Part shown: in pieces, positions 29,248 to 39,052 of the stretch
Layout of the letters: every line of letters starts with the position of its first letter
Position numbering within the stretch: position 1 is the first letter of the stretch
Assembly: GCA_963824045.1 (NCBI GenBank)
Contig: CAWGNW010000009.1
Span: 95,182-159,181, forward strand
Source of the DNA: an uncultured Gammaproteobacteria bacterium
GTDB lineage: Bacteria > Pseudomonadota > Gammaproteobacteria > UBA9214
Length of the DNA: 64,000 bases
Direction: 5' to 3'
Position numbers and translations under genes: made by a program
The notes under the pieces: model-generated
What the model was told of the DNA's origin: nothing
The model's input: the letters and a program-made list of their open reading frames with translations, nothing else
Database searches by the model: none

Positions 29248-29310
29248 TTACCCGCGGGCTGGACACACGCAGGGAATAGTGGTCGGGTTCTTGATTGCTG
29301 CCGGATTCAT
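29248..29310 (-). CDS. Candidate 20-codon upstream ORF (MNPAAIKNPTTIPCVCPARG) in the SulP leader
   Basis: ATG 29310 is preceded by a ggaggg SD at 9-nt spacing. The ORF lies 113 nt upstream of the SulP start, and its end overlaps the first of three cccgcggg/cccgccggg palindromic segments. Confidence 0.3.
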   Translation of the reverse strand: MNPAAIKNPTTIPCVCPARG

Positions 29311-29421
29311 CGTGTAATCCCTCCGCGCAGCAAAACGGATTTGCAGTCTAACGGGGCAGGGCCAGGATGACTGTCGGGTAAGCTGTCTGGGTGCTGCCAG
29401 CCGCGGTTTCGGATGGCGGGC

Positions 29422-29449
29422 AAAAAAGAACCCCGCCGAAGCGGGGTTC
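29422..29449 (-). terminator. Rho-independent terminator of the cold-shock gene
   Basis: Minus strand reads gaaccccgc-ttcg-gcggggttc followed by tttttt. Confidence 0.85.
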
Positions 29450-29479
29450 CTGGTACCGGTCTGTCCGATGCGGTCTTGA

Positions 29480-29680
29480 TCAGGTGGTAACGTTCGCCGC
29501 CTGCAGGCCCTTGGGGCCTTTTTCAATGTCATAGTTGACGGTCTGACCTTCGGCCAGGGTTTTGAAGCCCGAGCCCTGGATGGCGTTGAAATGTACGAAT
29601 ACATCATCGCCGCCGTTGTCCTGTGAGATAAAACCAAAACCCTTGGATTCGTTGAACCACTTTACTTTACCTGTAGCCAT
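29480..29680 (-). CDS. cspA: Cold-shock protein (CspA family)
   Basis: [51 protein letters not shown] carries the RNP1 and RNP2 motifs. A long AT-rich 5' leader lies upstream. Confidence 0.93.
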   Translation of the reverse strand: MATGKVKWFNESKGFGFISQDNGGDDVFVHFNAIQGSGFKTLAEGQTVNYDIEKGPKGLQAANVTT

Positions 29681-29904
29681 ATCACTTTTTTACCTTGAAT
29701 AATTAAACAATTTACGTGTTGCATACAGGTAATGAAACGTGGAATTCGGGGGTGTCACGGAGGAAACAACCAAAACCGCCAACAACAATATCTGTAGCTG
29801 CAAACACTATAGGGCAATCGTATCCATAACACCAGAAATATATTTTAATTCTCAGTGAGATAAGCGGGGCATTTTTCCGGCAGGGCGGCGCATGCCGGCC
29901 GGGC

Positions 29905-31002
29905 CTATTTCCTGAAGGTCCAGTACCGACCCCGGGGCGAGTCAACGGCCTCCAGCCCGAAGCGCTGGTCGGCACGCTGCCCGGTCTGCAACAGGGTAGA
30001 GATATCCTCCATCATGCGACGGTCCTCGGCGAAATAGGAGTGTCCGAGAATACCGCCCGCGGCATCGCTGGCATCAATGGTTTCCAGCCCCTCGATCACC
30101 ACGATTCCATCGCCGGATTCGCCGGCGCGCGGATAACCGTGAAAGGCCTTGGATGCCATCAGGGCGCGATCGCTGGAGGAGGCGTACAGCGTCAGGTGAA
30201 TGCCGGTGCGTGCCAGCCTGGGTCCCATGTCCATGCTGAACACCTCGGCGTCGATATCCGGCGCGATCATGATGATTTCGCGAAACAGCAGCATGTCACT
30301 CTCGAGACGCTCGTTTGCCAGTGTCGTCATCGCGCGCCCGATAATGCGATTCCCCATGCTGTGACCGACCAGGTAAATGTGCTGCACCGGGATATTTTCC
30401 AGCAGTGCGGCCATCAGGTCCTGGAAATGCGACTGCGCCCATTCCGCATTGGTTTCGTCCACGGTGTAGCCTGTCAGGCTGCCCTGGGAGGGCCAGCTGA
30501 ACAGCACGACGGGGCCATTGAACTTGAGGTCGGCGGCGAACTGCGCAACGTTACGGGTGGCGTCTGGAAAGTCCACGTTATAGCCGTGCACGAAAATCAT
30601 CAGCTTGTGTTCCGGGGACGCCTCGACGGCGCGGCCAAGACGTGTGGCGAAATCATCCCGCGACAACCCGGTTACGTCGATCAGCTTGATATGCTTGCTG
30701 ACATCCTGGCCGGTCTCGAATTTCAGCAGTGACGGTTCCTCATGGTGTCCCATGAGGTGCCCGGGCGGTATGCTGACGCGGGCAGTGCCGAAGTTGATAT
30801 CACCCCGGGCGCTGCTGAAATACCGTCCGCCATCGCTGTCCGGTGCGCGGTTGGTTACGTAAAACAGATCGAACAGGCGTGGCTCGGGTGAGGCAGCGGG
30901 ACGGGCAGGGCCTGTGGTTTTCAGCAGGCTGCAGCCGTTGAGGATGGCAGCGAAAACGACAGTCAAAAATATGGCGATCACGCGCCGGGTTCGGTTCGTC
31001 AT
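29905..31002 (-). CDS. Alpha/beta hydrolase (DUF900-like) lipoprotein
   Basis: Lipobox ILNGC follows a signal peptide. Nucleophile elbow GHSMG. The DUF900 assignment is from memory. Confidence 0.65.
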   Translation of the reverse strand: MTNRTRRVIAIFLTVVFAAILNGCSLLKTTGPARPAASPEPRLFDLFYVTNRAPDSDGGRYFSSARGDINFGTARVSIPPGHLMGHHEEPSLLKFETGQDVSKHIKLIDVTGLSRDDFATRLGRAVEASPEHKLMIFVHGYNVDFPDATRNVAQFAADLKFNGPVVLFSWPSQGSLTGYTVDETNAEWAQSHFQDLMAALLENIPVQHIYLVGHSMGNRIIGRAMTTLANERLESDMLLFREIIMIAPDIDAEVFSMDMGPRLARTGIHLTLYASSSDRALMASKAFHGYPRAGESGDGIVVIEGLETIDASDAAGGILGHSYFAEDRRMMEDISTLLQTGQRADQRFGLEAVDSPRGRYWTFRK

Positions 31003-31250
31003 GGCGGTTTGCCCGAAGAGCATGGGGGAATGGCTTGTTGCGTTTGATGGTTATACAGGGTAACGCGACTGATGTGACCGCAGCGAGTGCAATATGTTCC
31101 AATGTCATGCGGATACCCCGTGAGCAGCAACTGCACAGGGTGCCGGGAACCGGCTGTAACCGCTCCGCCTGCGCGTCACCGGTTTGATGTCGCTGTCAGT
31201 CTGCCGGCAAAACGGCCGGCGGGTAACGCGCAAGTAATACACGAGAGCTC

Positions 31251-31429
31251 ATGAACGAATTCAACAGAAAAATTCTCGTGATCGGCTACGGCGAAATGGG
31301 GCAGCCATGGAGTTCCTGCTGGCCGGGCCGGGTGACCTGAGCACGATGGCGACATGTGCCGGCTCGCACCATCATGAACCGGGGCGCCTGTTGCTGCAGG
31401 CCGGCAAATCCGAACACAACGAGCCATGA
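31251..31429 (+). pseudogene. Short remnant of a Rossmann-fold (GxGxxG) dehydrogenase N-terminus
   Basis: MNEFNRKILVIGYGEMGQ then shifts frame (..MEFLLAGPGDLS..) and stops after about 60 codons in total. No C-terminal remainder follows. Confidence 0.3.
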
Positions 31430-31501
31430 TTTTCGGTGGCAAAGCCAGTAAGATTCGCCTTCTGCTTTGTCTCCCTTAACGAACCGGACCCAGGAAAGCG
31501 C

Positions 31502-32548
31502 ATGCGTCCCGCCCAGCTCCTTACCGTACTAGAAAGAGAATTCCAGGCCGCCCTGCATGGCCAGCATACCCCGGTCATGCTGTGGGGGCCGCCGGGCGTG
31601 GGCAAGTCGCAGATGGTGGCGCTGGTCGCGGAGCAGCACGGCATGCCGGTCATCGATATCCGGCTGTCGCAGATGGAGCCGAGCGACCTGCGGGGCATCC
31701 CGTTCCGTATCGATGACCGGGTCGAATGGGCAGTGCCGTCGATGCTGCCGGATGCCGAGCGTCACGGCAGGCAGGGCATCCTGTTCCTGGACGAGATCAC
31801 CTCGGTGCCACCGAGCGTCTCGGCGGCGGCCTACCAGTTGATCCTGGACCGGCGTCTGGGTGCCTACACCGTGCCGAATGGCTGGGCCATCTTCGCCGCC
31901 GGCAATCGCCAGGGCGACCGCGGCGTCACCTATACCATGCCGGCACCGCTGGCGAACCGCTTCTCGCATTTCGATGTGGACATCAACCTGGATGACTGGG
32001 TGGCCTGGGCCTATGCAAATGGCATGGACGAGCGTCTGATCGCGTTCCTGCGGTTTCGCCCGGAACTGCTGTTCGAGTTCGATCCCGCTCACAACCCGGT
32101 GGCCTTTCCGTCACCGCGCTCGTGGGAGTTTGCCCATCGCGCCCTGCAGAAGTTCGGTGACGTGCCGGACCTGTTGACGGGGTCGCTGCAGGCCTGCGTC
32201 GGACCGGCGGCGGGAATCGAGCTGTCTGCCTTTGTCGATAACCTCGACAAGCTGCCGGACATCGATGCCATCGTGCGGGGTGAAAAGGTGACGGTGCCGC
32301 GAGAAACCGATCTGCAGTATGCCGTGGCCGCAGCCCTGGTCGGACGCGCGATCCGCGCGAAGCAGGAAAGCAATGCCGCGGAAATCTATGGCAATATCCT
32401 GGACTTCGCCGGTACCTTCCCGCAGCGCGAGATGGGCGTCATGCTGGTCTCGGACATGTACCGCGCTATCGGCCAGGACATCTTCAACGTGCCGCAGTTT
32501 TCCCGCTGGGCGAACATCGTCGCCGACGTCATGCTCTATGACCACTGA
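31502..32548 (+). CDS. MoxR/CbbQ-like AAA+ ATPase (AAA_5)
   Basis: Walker A GPPGVGKS, Walker B ILFLDEI and sensor region AAGNRQGDRG...LANRF. Confidence 0.85.
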   Translation: MRPAQLLTVLEREFQAALHGQHTPVMLWGPPGVGKSQMVALVAEQHGMPVIDIRLSQMEPSDLRGIPFRIDDRVEWAVPSMLPDAERHGRQGILFLDEITSVPPSVSAAAYQLILDRRLGAYTVPNGWAIFAAGNRQGDRGVTYTMPAPLANRFSHFDVDINLDDWVAWAYANGMDERLIAFLRFRPELLFEFDPAHNPVAFPSPRSWEFAHRALQKFGDVPDLLTGSLQACVGPAAGIELSAFVDNLDKLPDIDAIVRGEKVTVPRETDLQYAVAAALVGRAIRAKQESNAAEIYGNILDFAGTFPQREMGVMLVSDMYRAIGQDIFNVPQFSRWANIVADVMLYDH

Positions 32549-32570
32549 GCCCTGCCGGGCGGCGCGGTGC

Positions 32571-34418
32571 TCAGGTGTTGCCGGCGATTTCTGCCGGGAC
32601 GAAGTCCCTGGCGATGCGCTTGGCAAGGGTGTAGATGCGCCGCAGGTGCTCCAGCATTCCCATTTCCAGCTGCACCAGCTCCAGGTGCCGGGGTTCCCTG
32701 ATCGCGATACGCTCTGACTGGCGTTGCAGGGCAAGATCGGACAGGTGCCGGATTTCATCCTTCAGGGCGATCACTTCGGCTGCGGCGTTTTCGTCATTTT
32801 CGCGGATTGCCCGAATGAGGGTTCCGACAGCCAGCACGACTTTCTCACCCAGTTCCCGCAGCAGCAACCGGGTGCTTTCGCTGGGCTGCATATCGCTGTT
32901 TAAATAGTCATTGCCGAGAGTCGCGAGGTCGGTCTCGATGATATCCGCCAGGCTTTCCAGGTTGATGGTGGCGCTCATCAGCGACTGGAATTCTGCACTT
33001 TGCCGGTCCGTCAGGACGTGCTGGCGGATCTCGCTCAGGTATTCCAGGATCGCCTCGTTGAGAATGTCCACCTTGTCATCCATCAAGGTGACTTCTTCCA
33101 GTTTGTGCCTGTCCCGCAGCAGGAAGCCCTCATCCAGGCGAGCCAGCATGTCGGTGATGATTTCACCCATGTGACCGAGTTCGAAGCGCACGCGTTCCAG
33201 TGCCATTGAGGGGATATCCAGCATTTCGCTGTCCAGGAATTTTGGCTGCACAATGATCTTTTCCGCCCCTGCCGGTTTCTCCGGCACCAGCCGTTCCACC
33301 AGGCGCGCGAAACCGGTGGTGAAGCCGAGGAACAGCAGGGTGTTGGCGACATTGAACACGGTGTGGGCGTTGGCGATCTGGCGCGGGACTTCCGCGGCCA
33401 TGCGTGCCTTGCCGCTTAACTCCGGTGCGGCCGGCGAGATGGCGACAACGAAGTCCGCCAGCTGCGGAATGAAGAGTATCCACACCAGCACGCCGGCAAC
33501 ATTGAACATGATGTGCACCACAGCCGCGCGCAACGCGTCCGTTGGCTTGCCGATTGCGGCCAGCAGCGCCGTGACGCAGGTGCCGATATTCGCGCCGAAG
33601 GCCAGCGCGATACCGGCCGGCAGGGTGATCAGGCCGCCTGTCGCCATAACGATGGCGATACCGGTGGTGGCGGCCGAGGACTGCACCAGCCCGGTAAATA
33701 CGGCGCCCACCAGAATACCCAGCAGCGGATTCTCCATGCGGCTCATCAGGTCGATGAACGGCTGATAGGTGCGCAGCGGATTCATGGCATCGCCCATGAC
33801 GCCCATGCCGTAGAACACCAGGCCCAGCCCCATGATCATGGCGCCGTAGTGGCGGGTCTTTTCCTGCTTCGAGGTGAACAGCATGAAGAAGCCTGCCGTG
33901 ACCATGATGAGTGCGTACTGGGTCACGTTGAAGGCGACGATCTGTGCCGTGAAGGTGCTGCCGATGTTGGCGCCCATGATGATGCCGACCGATTGCGAGA
34001 GGGTCATGAAACCGGCCGAGATAAAACCCACCACGAGCACCGTGGTCACCGAGGAGGAATTGAGTATGGCGGTGACGAAGGCGCCGGTGAGGGCACCCAT
34101 CACGCGGTTTCTGGTGAGACGCGCCAGCACGTCCTTGAGCGTGTCGCCGGCGGCGGCTTTCAGGCCCTCGGACATCTGCTCCATGCCAAAGAGGAACATG
34201 GCAAGGCCGCCGAAGAGTCCCATGAGCAGGGTCAGCCAGTCGATGGCGGCCGCTTCTTGCGGCGCCTGTGCGAGCGCCGGCAAGGCATGTAGCAGCGCCA
34301 TGATGCCAAGCACGACAAGGGTATTCCGGGCGGCGTGCTGCCCGTATCGCAATCCGGGTGAAATCATGTCATGGCTCCTCTGTTGTTGTGTTTCCCGGCC
34401 GTTCTGCCTGTTTTTCAT
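32571..34418 (-). CDS. Na/Pi cotransporter family protein with C-terminal PhoU-like repeats
   Basis: Duplicated Na_Pi_cotrans TM repeats (..GANIGST.. / ..GANIGTC..) and a helical PhoU-like tail. The start is uncertain (34418 or 34367). Confidence 0.85.
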   Translation of the reverse strand: MKNRQNGRETQQQRSHDMISPGLRYGQHAARNTLVVLGIMALLHALPALAQAPQEAAAIDWLTLLMGLFGGLAMFLFGMEQMSEGLKAAAGDTLKDVLARLTRNRVMGALTGAFVTAILNSSSVTTVLVVGFISAGFMTLSQSVGIIMGANIGSTFTAQIVAFNVTQYALIMVTAGFFMLFTSKQEKTRHYGAMIMGLGLVFYGMGVMGDAMNPLRTYQPFIDLMSRMENPLLGILVGAVFTGLVQSSAATTGIAIVMATGGLITLPAGIALAFGANIGTCVTALLAAIGKPTDALRAAVVHIMFNVAGVLVWILFIPQLADFVVAISPAAPELSGKARMAAEVPRQIANAHTVFNVANTLLFLGFTTGFARLVERLVPEKPAGAEKIIVQPKFLDSEMLDIPSMALERVRFELGHMGEIITDMLARLDEGFLLRDRHKLEEVTLMDDKVDILNEAILEYLSEIRQHVLTDRQSAEFQSLMSATINLESLADIIETDLATLGNDYLNSDMQPSESTRLLLRELGEKVVLAVGTLIRAIRENDENAAAEVIALKDEIRHLSDLALQRQSERIAIREPRHLELVQLEMGMLEHLRRIYTLAKRIARDFVPAEIAGNT

Positions 34419-34509
34419 GCCGGCCCGAATGAGAGGGTGAAGACGCTGCCGGAAAGGTGAATAATAATGCTTAATCTATCTTGCGAAAGGAGTAATTCCG
34501 GGAAAGGCG

Positions 34510-35721
34510 ATGACGGATGAACTTGAAACCAAGCTCAGTGCAGCCCGTACCCGGCTGATTCTCGATCGCCCGTTCCTGGGTGCGCTGGTGCTGCGCATGC
34601 CCATGCAGGCGGCGGACCCCAAATGGTGCAAGACCATCGGCACCGACGCGCGTGCCTTCTATTACAACCCGGAATACATCGCCAGCCTGACCCTGGAGCA
34701 GACACAGTTCGCCCTGGCGCACGAGGTGCTGCACTGCGCGCTGTCGCATTTTGCGCGGCGTGAACACCGGGTCAGGGAACGCTGGGACATCGCCTGTGAC
34801 CTGGCGATCAACCCCATCCTGATCAAGGAAGGCATGACGGCAGTGCCGGGGGCGCTCTTCAACATCGGCTATGAAGGCATGATGGCCGAGGAAATCTATC
34901 CCCTCATCAAGGACAACGAGGAACAGCAGCCGCACGACGAGCATCTCTATGGCCAGGATTCGCAGCGTTCCGGTGAGTCGGGCAACGCCGCAGCACGGCT
35001 GCCGGACGAGGTCAATGATGCCGGGGAAAGCGGCGGTGCCGGCGCAGGGCAGAGTGCCGCCGCTGCGCCGCCGGAACCGCTGGGCGAGGCCGAGAAGGAA
35101 CAACTTTCCATCCAGTGGCGCCAGCGTCTCGCCGGCGCCGCACAGCAGGCCATGCAGGCCGGCAAGCTGGGCGGTTCGCTGCGGCGCCTCGTGGACCACC
35201 TGCTGCAGCCGCAATTGCCCTGGCGTATGCTGCTGGCGCGCTACATGACCGCGGTCAGCCGGGATGATTACAGTTATATGCGGCCGTCACGGCGTGAAGG
35301 CGAGGCAATTTTCCCGAGCCTGCGCAGCAGCCAGGCGGAGATCGTGGTGGTGCTGGATACCAGCGGCTCCATCAAGATGCAGGAGATGCGCGAGTTCGTG
35401 ACCGAGGTGGATGCCATCAAGGGGCAGCTGCGTGCCCGCATTACCCTGCAGGCCTGCGATGCGGAGCTGTCCGCTGCCGGCCCCTGGATCTACGAGCCCT
35501 GGGAGGAGTTCACACTGCCGACCGGTATCCGCGGCGGTGGCGGGACCCGCTTCACACCGGTGTTCGAGTGGCTGGAGCGGCAGGGTGAAACGCCGGATCT
35601 GGTGGTGTATTTCACCGATGCGGAAGGTGAATTTCCCAAGCAGGAACCGCGTACGCCGGTACTGTGGCTGGTCAAGGGCAGGGCGAAGGTGCCCTGGGGG
35701 CAACGGGTGCAGTTGAACTAG
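34510..35721 (+). CDS. Putative zinc metallopeptidase (HExxH) fused to a VWA domain (DUF2201-like), the usual partner of the MoxR-type ATPase
   Basis: HEVLH motif in ALAHEVLHCAL, an acidic low-complexity linker, and the MIDAS-like motif VVLDTSGS in the C-terminal VWA. Confidence 0.75.
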   Translation: MTDELETKLSAARTRLILDRPFLGALVLRMPMQAADPKWCKTIGTDARAFYYNPEYIASLTLEQTQFALAHEVLHCALSHFARREHRVRERWDIACDLAINPILIKEGMTAVPGALFNIGYEGMMAEEIYPLIKDNEEQQPHDEHLYGQDSQRSGESGNAAARLPDEVNDAGESGGAGAGQSAAAAPPEPLGEAEKEQLSIQWRQRLAGAAQQAMQAGKLGGSLRRLVDHLLQPQLPWRMLLARYMTAVSRDDYSYMRPSRREGEAIFPSLRSSQAEIVVVLDTSGSIKMQEMREFVTEVDAIKGQLRARITLQACDAELSAAGPWIYEPWEEFTLPTGIRGGGGTRFTPVFEWLERQGETPDLVVYFTDAEGEFPKQEPRTPVLWLVKGRAKVPWGQRVQLN

Positions 35722-35958
35722 GCGGCGCCTTGTCATCCTGCGGGCGTGGCAGTCCGCCCTGTCTGCACTTCGTCTCATTTAACAATGGCAACTATCTGAA
35801 TTGCATGAATCTGTTGCCTGTCTGTCTGGCGCCTGGCTCGCCGCTGCCGGCGCAACGGTCTGATAAAACAACTCCATCCCCCTATTCATTCAGTTATGTG
35901 GTCATTCAGCCACCGGGCAGGGATAATACCCGCCACTTTTTCAGGTAAGTGCGTTTAA

Positions 35959-36630
<672 letters not shown>

Positions 36631-36656
36631 GCGGCAGCCGCCATGCAGCCCGGAAA

Positions 36657-36680
36657 GGCCGGCACTGCCGGCCTTTTTTT
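36657..36680 (+). terminator. Rho-independent terminator of adk
   Basis: ggccggc-act-gccggcc followed by T7. Confidence 0.85.
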
Positions 36681-37356
36681 GCCTGCGCACGCAGGACGCC
36701 GCTCTGCAGTGAAAGCAGAGCCGTAGCCATGACTTGAGTGAAGAGGCCGCTCCCGGCCTGGCTCGGGCGAGCCTCTCGACCGCTTCGCGGTATCACCTTC
36801 TCCTGCCTCCCGCAGCACTTGTACATCCTGTACAGCGCTAGTACAGGCGTGCCTGGACAAGTCAGGGCCCGGACAGGCCGCGGGCTGCTCAAAAATTGTG
36901 CACTGGAAATTTCCCGGACCGTCGATGCGTTAAATTGCAGAGTATCCCGGACAGCTGCAAGGCCCGTGGCCGACTGGTGCAACATGATGTCTAGTACCTC
37001 CGTACCACTACCAACGTGTGCTGATTTACTGTTACACTTCACGAACGTCAAATATGTGACGTTTCGGGGTCGAATTGCCCCTGCCGGCAGCGCCCGGGAC
37101 GCTTGAATACAGCAGGTAACGTTGAGGGAAAGCAGGTAGTGTGTGTGCGGATCATTGTCCCGGAGTCTTCTGCTGGACGACGCTCGCCACAGCGGCCTGG
37201 ATGTCGGCTACAATCCCCGGTACTGACATATGCGTGTGCCGGAAAACAACGATGAGGCAGCAGAACAGGGCTGCGAGACGACATCGAGAAAACCAACAAT
37301 AATGCAACCGGGCAGAGAGTGTCCGGTGCGCTGCACACGGATGTGCCGGAGTAGTT

Positions 37357-38967
37357 ATGGTTGCGGGTAGAGACAGACCGGAGGAAATCGATCCCAGCGG
37401 CGTACGCAAGCTGATGCGTCTGCTTGATCCCCTGCGTGCGTCGCCTGCAGGCAGCGTGATTCACCGCCAGGTCGAGGCCATGCTGGAGGAGATCGCGGCC
37501 GATCACCTGAAGGCGGAAATCGCCTACTCGGGCTTCGTGAATGTCCTGCTGGAGTCCTATCTTTCGCTGCTGCCGCCGGGTTCCTCACCGTATGTTCAGC
37601 TGAAACTGCTGCAGGCACGCCTGCAGCCACCGCTGACCCCCACCGAGTTGAGCATCCTGAGTGAGTTTGTCAGCCAGTTTGGCGATGAGATGCGGATATC
37701 CCGCGAGCTGGACCCGGCACTGATGGTGGCGGCAGTAAGCCCGCTGCTCGCCGCCTTCGGTATTGAATCATTCAGCGGTGCATCTGTGCCGGAAGCTCCC
37801 GCGGGACCCGGTCCTGATGAGGCCGGCCCGGGTGTGAGACGACACCAGCACATCTCCCTGCTGGAAGAGGCGCTGTATCCGGATCTCGAGGACGAAGACG
37901 AGGACGAGGACGGGTTTCCCGAGCCCTATCAAGGCGAAAGGGCAGCGGACGAACTTCCCGAACCCTATCACGGCGAGGGCGCAGCGGACGAATTTCCCGA
38001 GCCCTATCACGGCGAGGGAGCGGAGGGTGAACCAGCCGAAGCGGCGCTGGAGGATGAGGATTACCTCAGGGATGAAATACCTGCCGGCCAGGATCTGAAC
38101 GCCCTCCATCGCAGTGAACTGGAAGCGCGCCGGGATGACATTGCCAAGCTGCAGTCCACGCTGGGACAGCAGGTGGTCGAGACCATATCCCAGAACGAGG
38201 AGTTCGGGGTAATCCTCGAGGTAGTGCTGGCGGAATTGCGCCAGACCGAGGAGGTTTCAGAGATCGAGAACCTGCGCTGGACCCTGATTCGTGAAGTCGA
38301 GAAGCTGATGAAAGGGCATAACGAGCTTGCCGACAAACTTGACAATACCCAGCACTACCTGCAGCTGTACGCCTCCGACAGTCGGGAGCTGACTGACGAA
38401 CTGACCCGGGTGCGGCTGCTGAGCCTGACGGACGAGTTGACCAGTCTGCCGAACCGGCGCGCCTTCATGCGGCGCCTCGAGGACGAAGTGGCACGCGTGC
38501 AGCGCTACGGCTTCCCGCTGTCTTTCGTGCTGATCGACCTTGATCATTTCAAGTCGGTTAACGACGAGTACGGCCATGCTGCCGGTGACGAGGTCCTGCG
38601 GGTCTACTCCAAGAACATCCTCTCGATTTTCCGCCACCATGACATGGTGGCACGCTATGGCGGCGAGGAATTTGCCGTGCTCCTGCCCAATACCGATTCG
38701 GATGGTGCAGTGCGCGCACTCAACAAGGTACGGCGGCGTGCCAATGAAACCCGCTGGCAGACCAATGGAACCATGTCCAACGTGCCGACCTTTTCCGCCG
38801 GCGTCTCGCTCTACAAGCCAGGCGAATCCGCCAGCGCCTTCATCGAGCGCGCCGACAAGGCGCTGTATCGCGCCAAGCGCCTCGGCCGCAACCGGATCGA
38901 GCTGGATATGACCTACGAGAACGAGGGTGGCCGCGGAATACCGCGGCGCCGCAGCACCGATACCTGA
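37357..38967 (+). CDS. Diguanylate cyclase (GGDEF) with a long N-terminal region containing acidic tandem repeats and a coiled-coil-like segment
   Basis: The C-terminus reads LTSLPNRRAF...FVLIDLDHFKSVNDEYGHAAGDEVL...ARYGGEEFAVLL...RAKRLGRN, with GGEEF as the active site. Confidence 0.88.
   Translation: MVAGRDRPEEIDPSGVRKLMRLLDPLRASPAGSVIHRQVEAMLEEIAADHLKAEIAYSGFVNVLLESYLSLLPPGSSPYVQLKLLQARLQPPLTPTELSILSEFVSQFGDEMRISRELDPALMVAAVSPLLAAFGIESFSGASVPEAPAGPGPDEAGPGVRRHQHISLLEEALYPDLEDEDEDEDGFPEPYQGERAADELPEPYHGEGAADEFPEPYHGEGAEGEPAEAALEDEDYLRDEIPAGQDLNALHRSELEARRDDIAKLQSTLGQQVVETISQNEEFGVILEVVLAELRQTEEVSEIENLRWTLIREVEKLMKGHNELADKLDNTQHYLQLYASDSRELTDELTRVRLLSLTDELTSLPNRRAFMRRLEDEVARVQRYGFPLSFVLIDLDHFKSVNDEYGHAAGDEVLRVYSKNILSIFRHHDMVARYGGEEFAVLLPNTDSDGAVRALNKVRRRANETRWQTNGTMSNVPTFSAGVSLYKPGESASAFIERADKALYRAKRLGRNRIELDMTYENEGGRGIPRRRSTDT
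37915..38025 (+). repeat. 39-bp in-frame tandem repeat (about 2.8 copies) inside the GGDEF gene
   Basis: The units tttcccgagccctatcaaggcgaaagggcagcggacgaa, cttcccgaaccctatcacggcgagggcgcagcggacgaa and tttcccgagccctatcacggcgaggga... encode (F/L)PEPY(Q/H)GE(R/G)AADE. Confidence 0.85.
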
Positions 38968-39052
38968 TCCGCCGCCGCCCCGGCTGCACGTGTTCGCAGC
39001 CTTGCCAGCCTGTATAATCCCGGCACGACTTTACTGCAGGGGTGCTCACGCG

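Noticed and set aside
36827-36847. LexA (SOS) box CTGT...ACAG
   Set aside because: The spacing is CTGT-N11-ACAG instead of the N8 of the gammaproteobacterial consensus, and the neighbouring genes are not SOS genes.
37066-37081. tRNA/tmRNA-like T-arm ggggtcgaattgcccc
   Set aside because: The loop is 8 nt and not TTCRANY. No acceptor, D or anticodon arms can be drawn in the preceding 60 nt, and there is no CCA context.
37152-37409. Minus-strand 85-aa ORF, and the 25-codon ORF (MSVPGIVADIQAAVASVVQQKTPGQ) within it, upstream of the GGDEF gene
   Set aside because: There is no SD and the composition is atypical. The upstream ATGs of the 85-aa ORF overlap the GGDEF start region. It cannot be supported from sequence alone.
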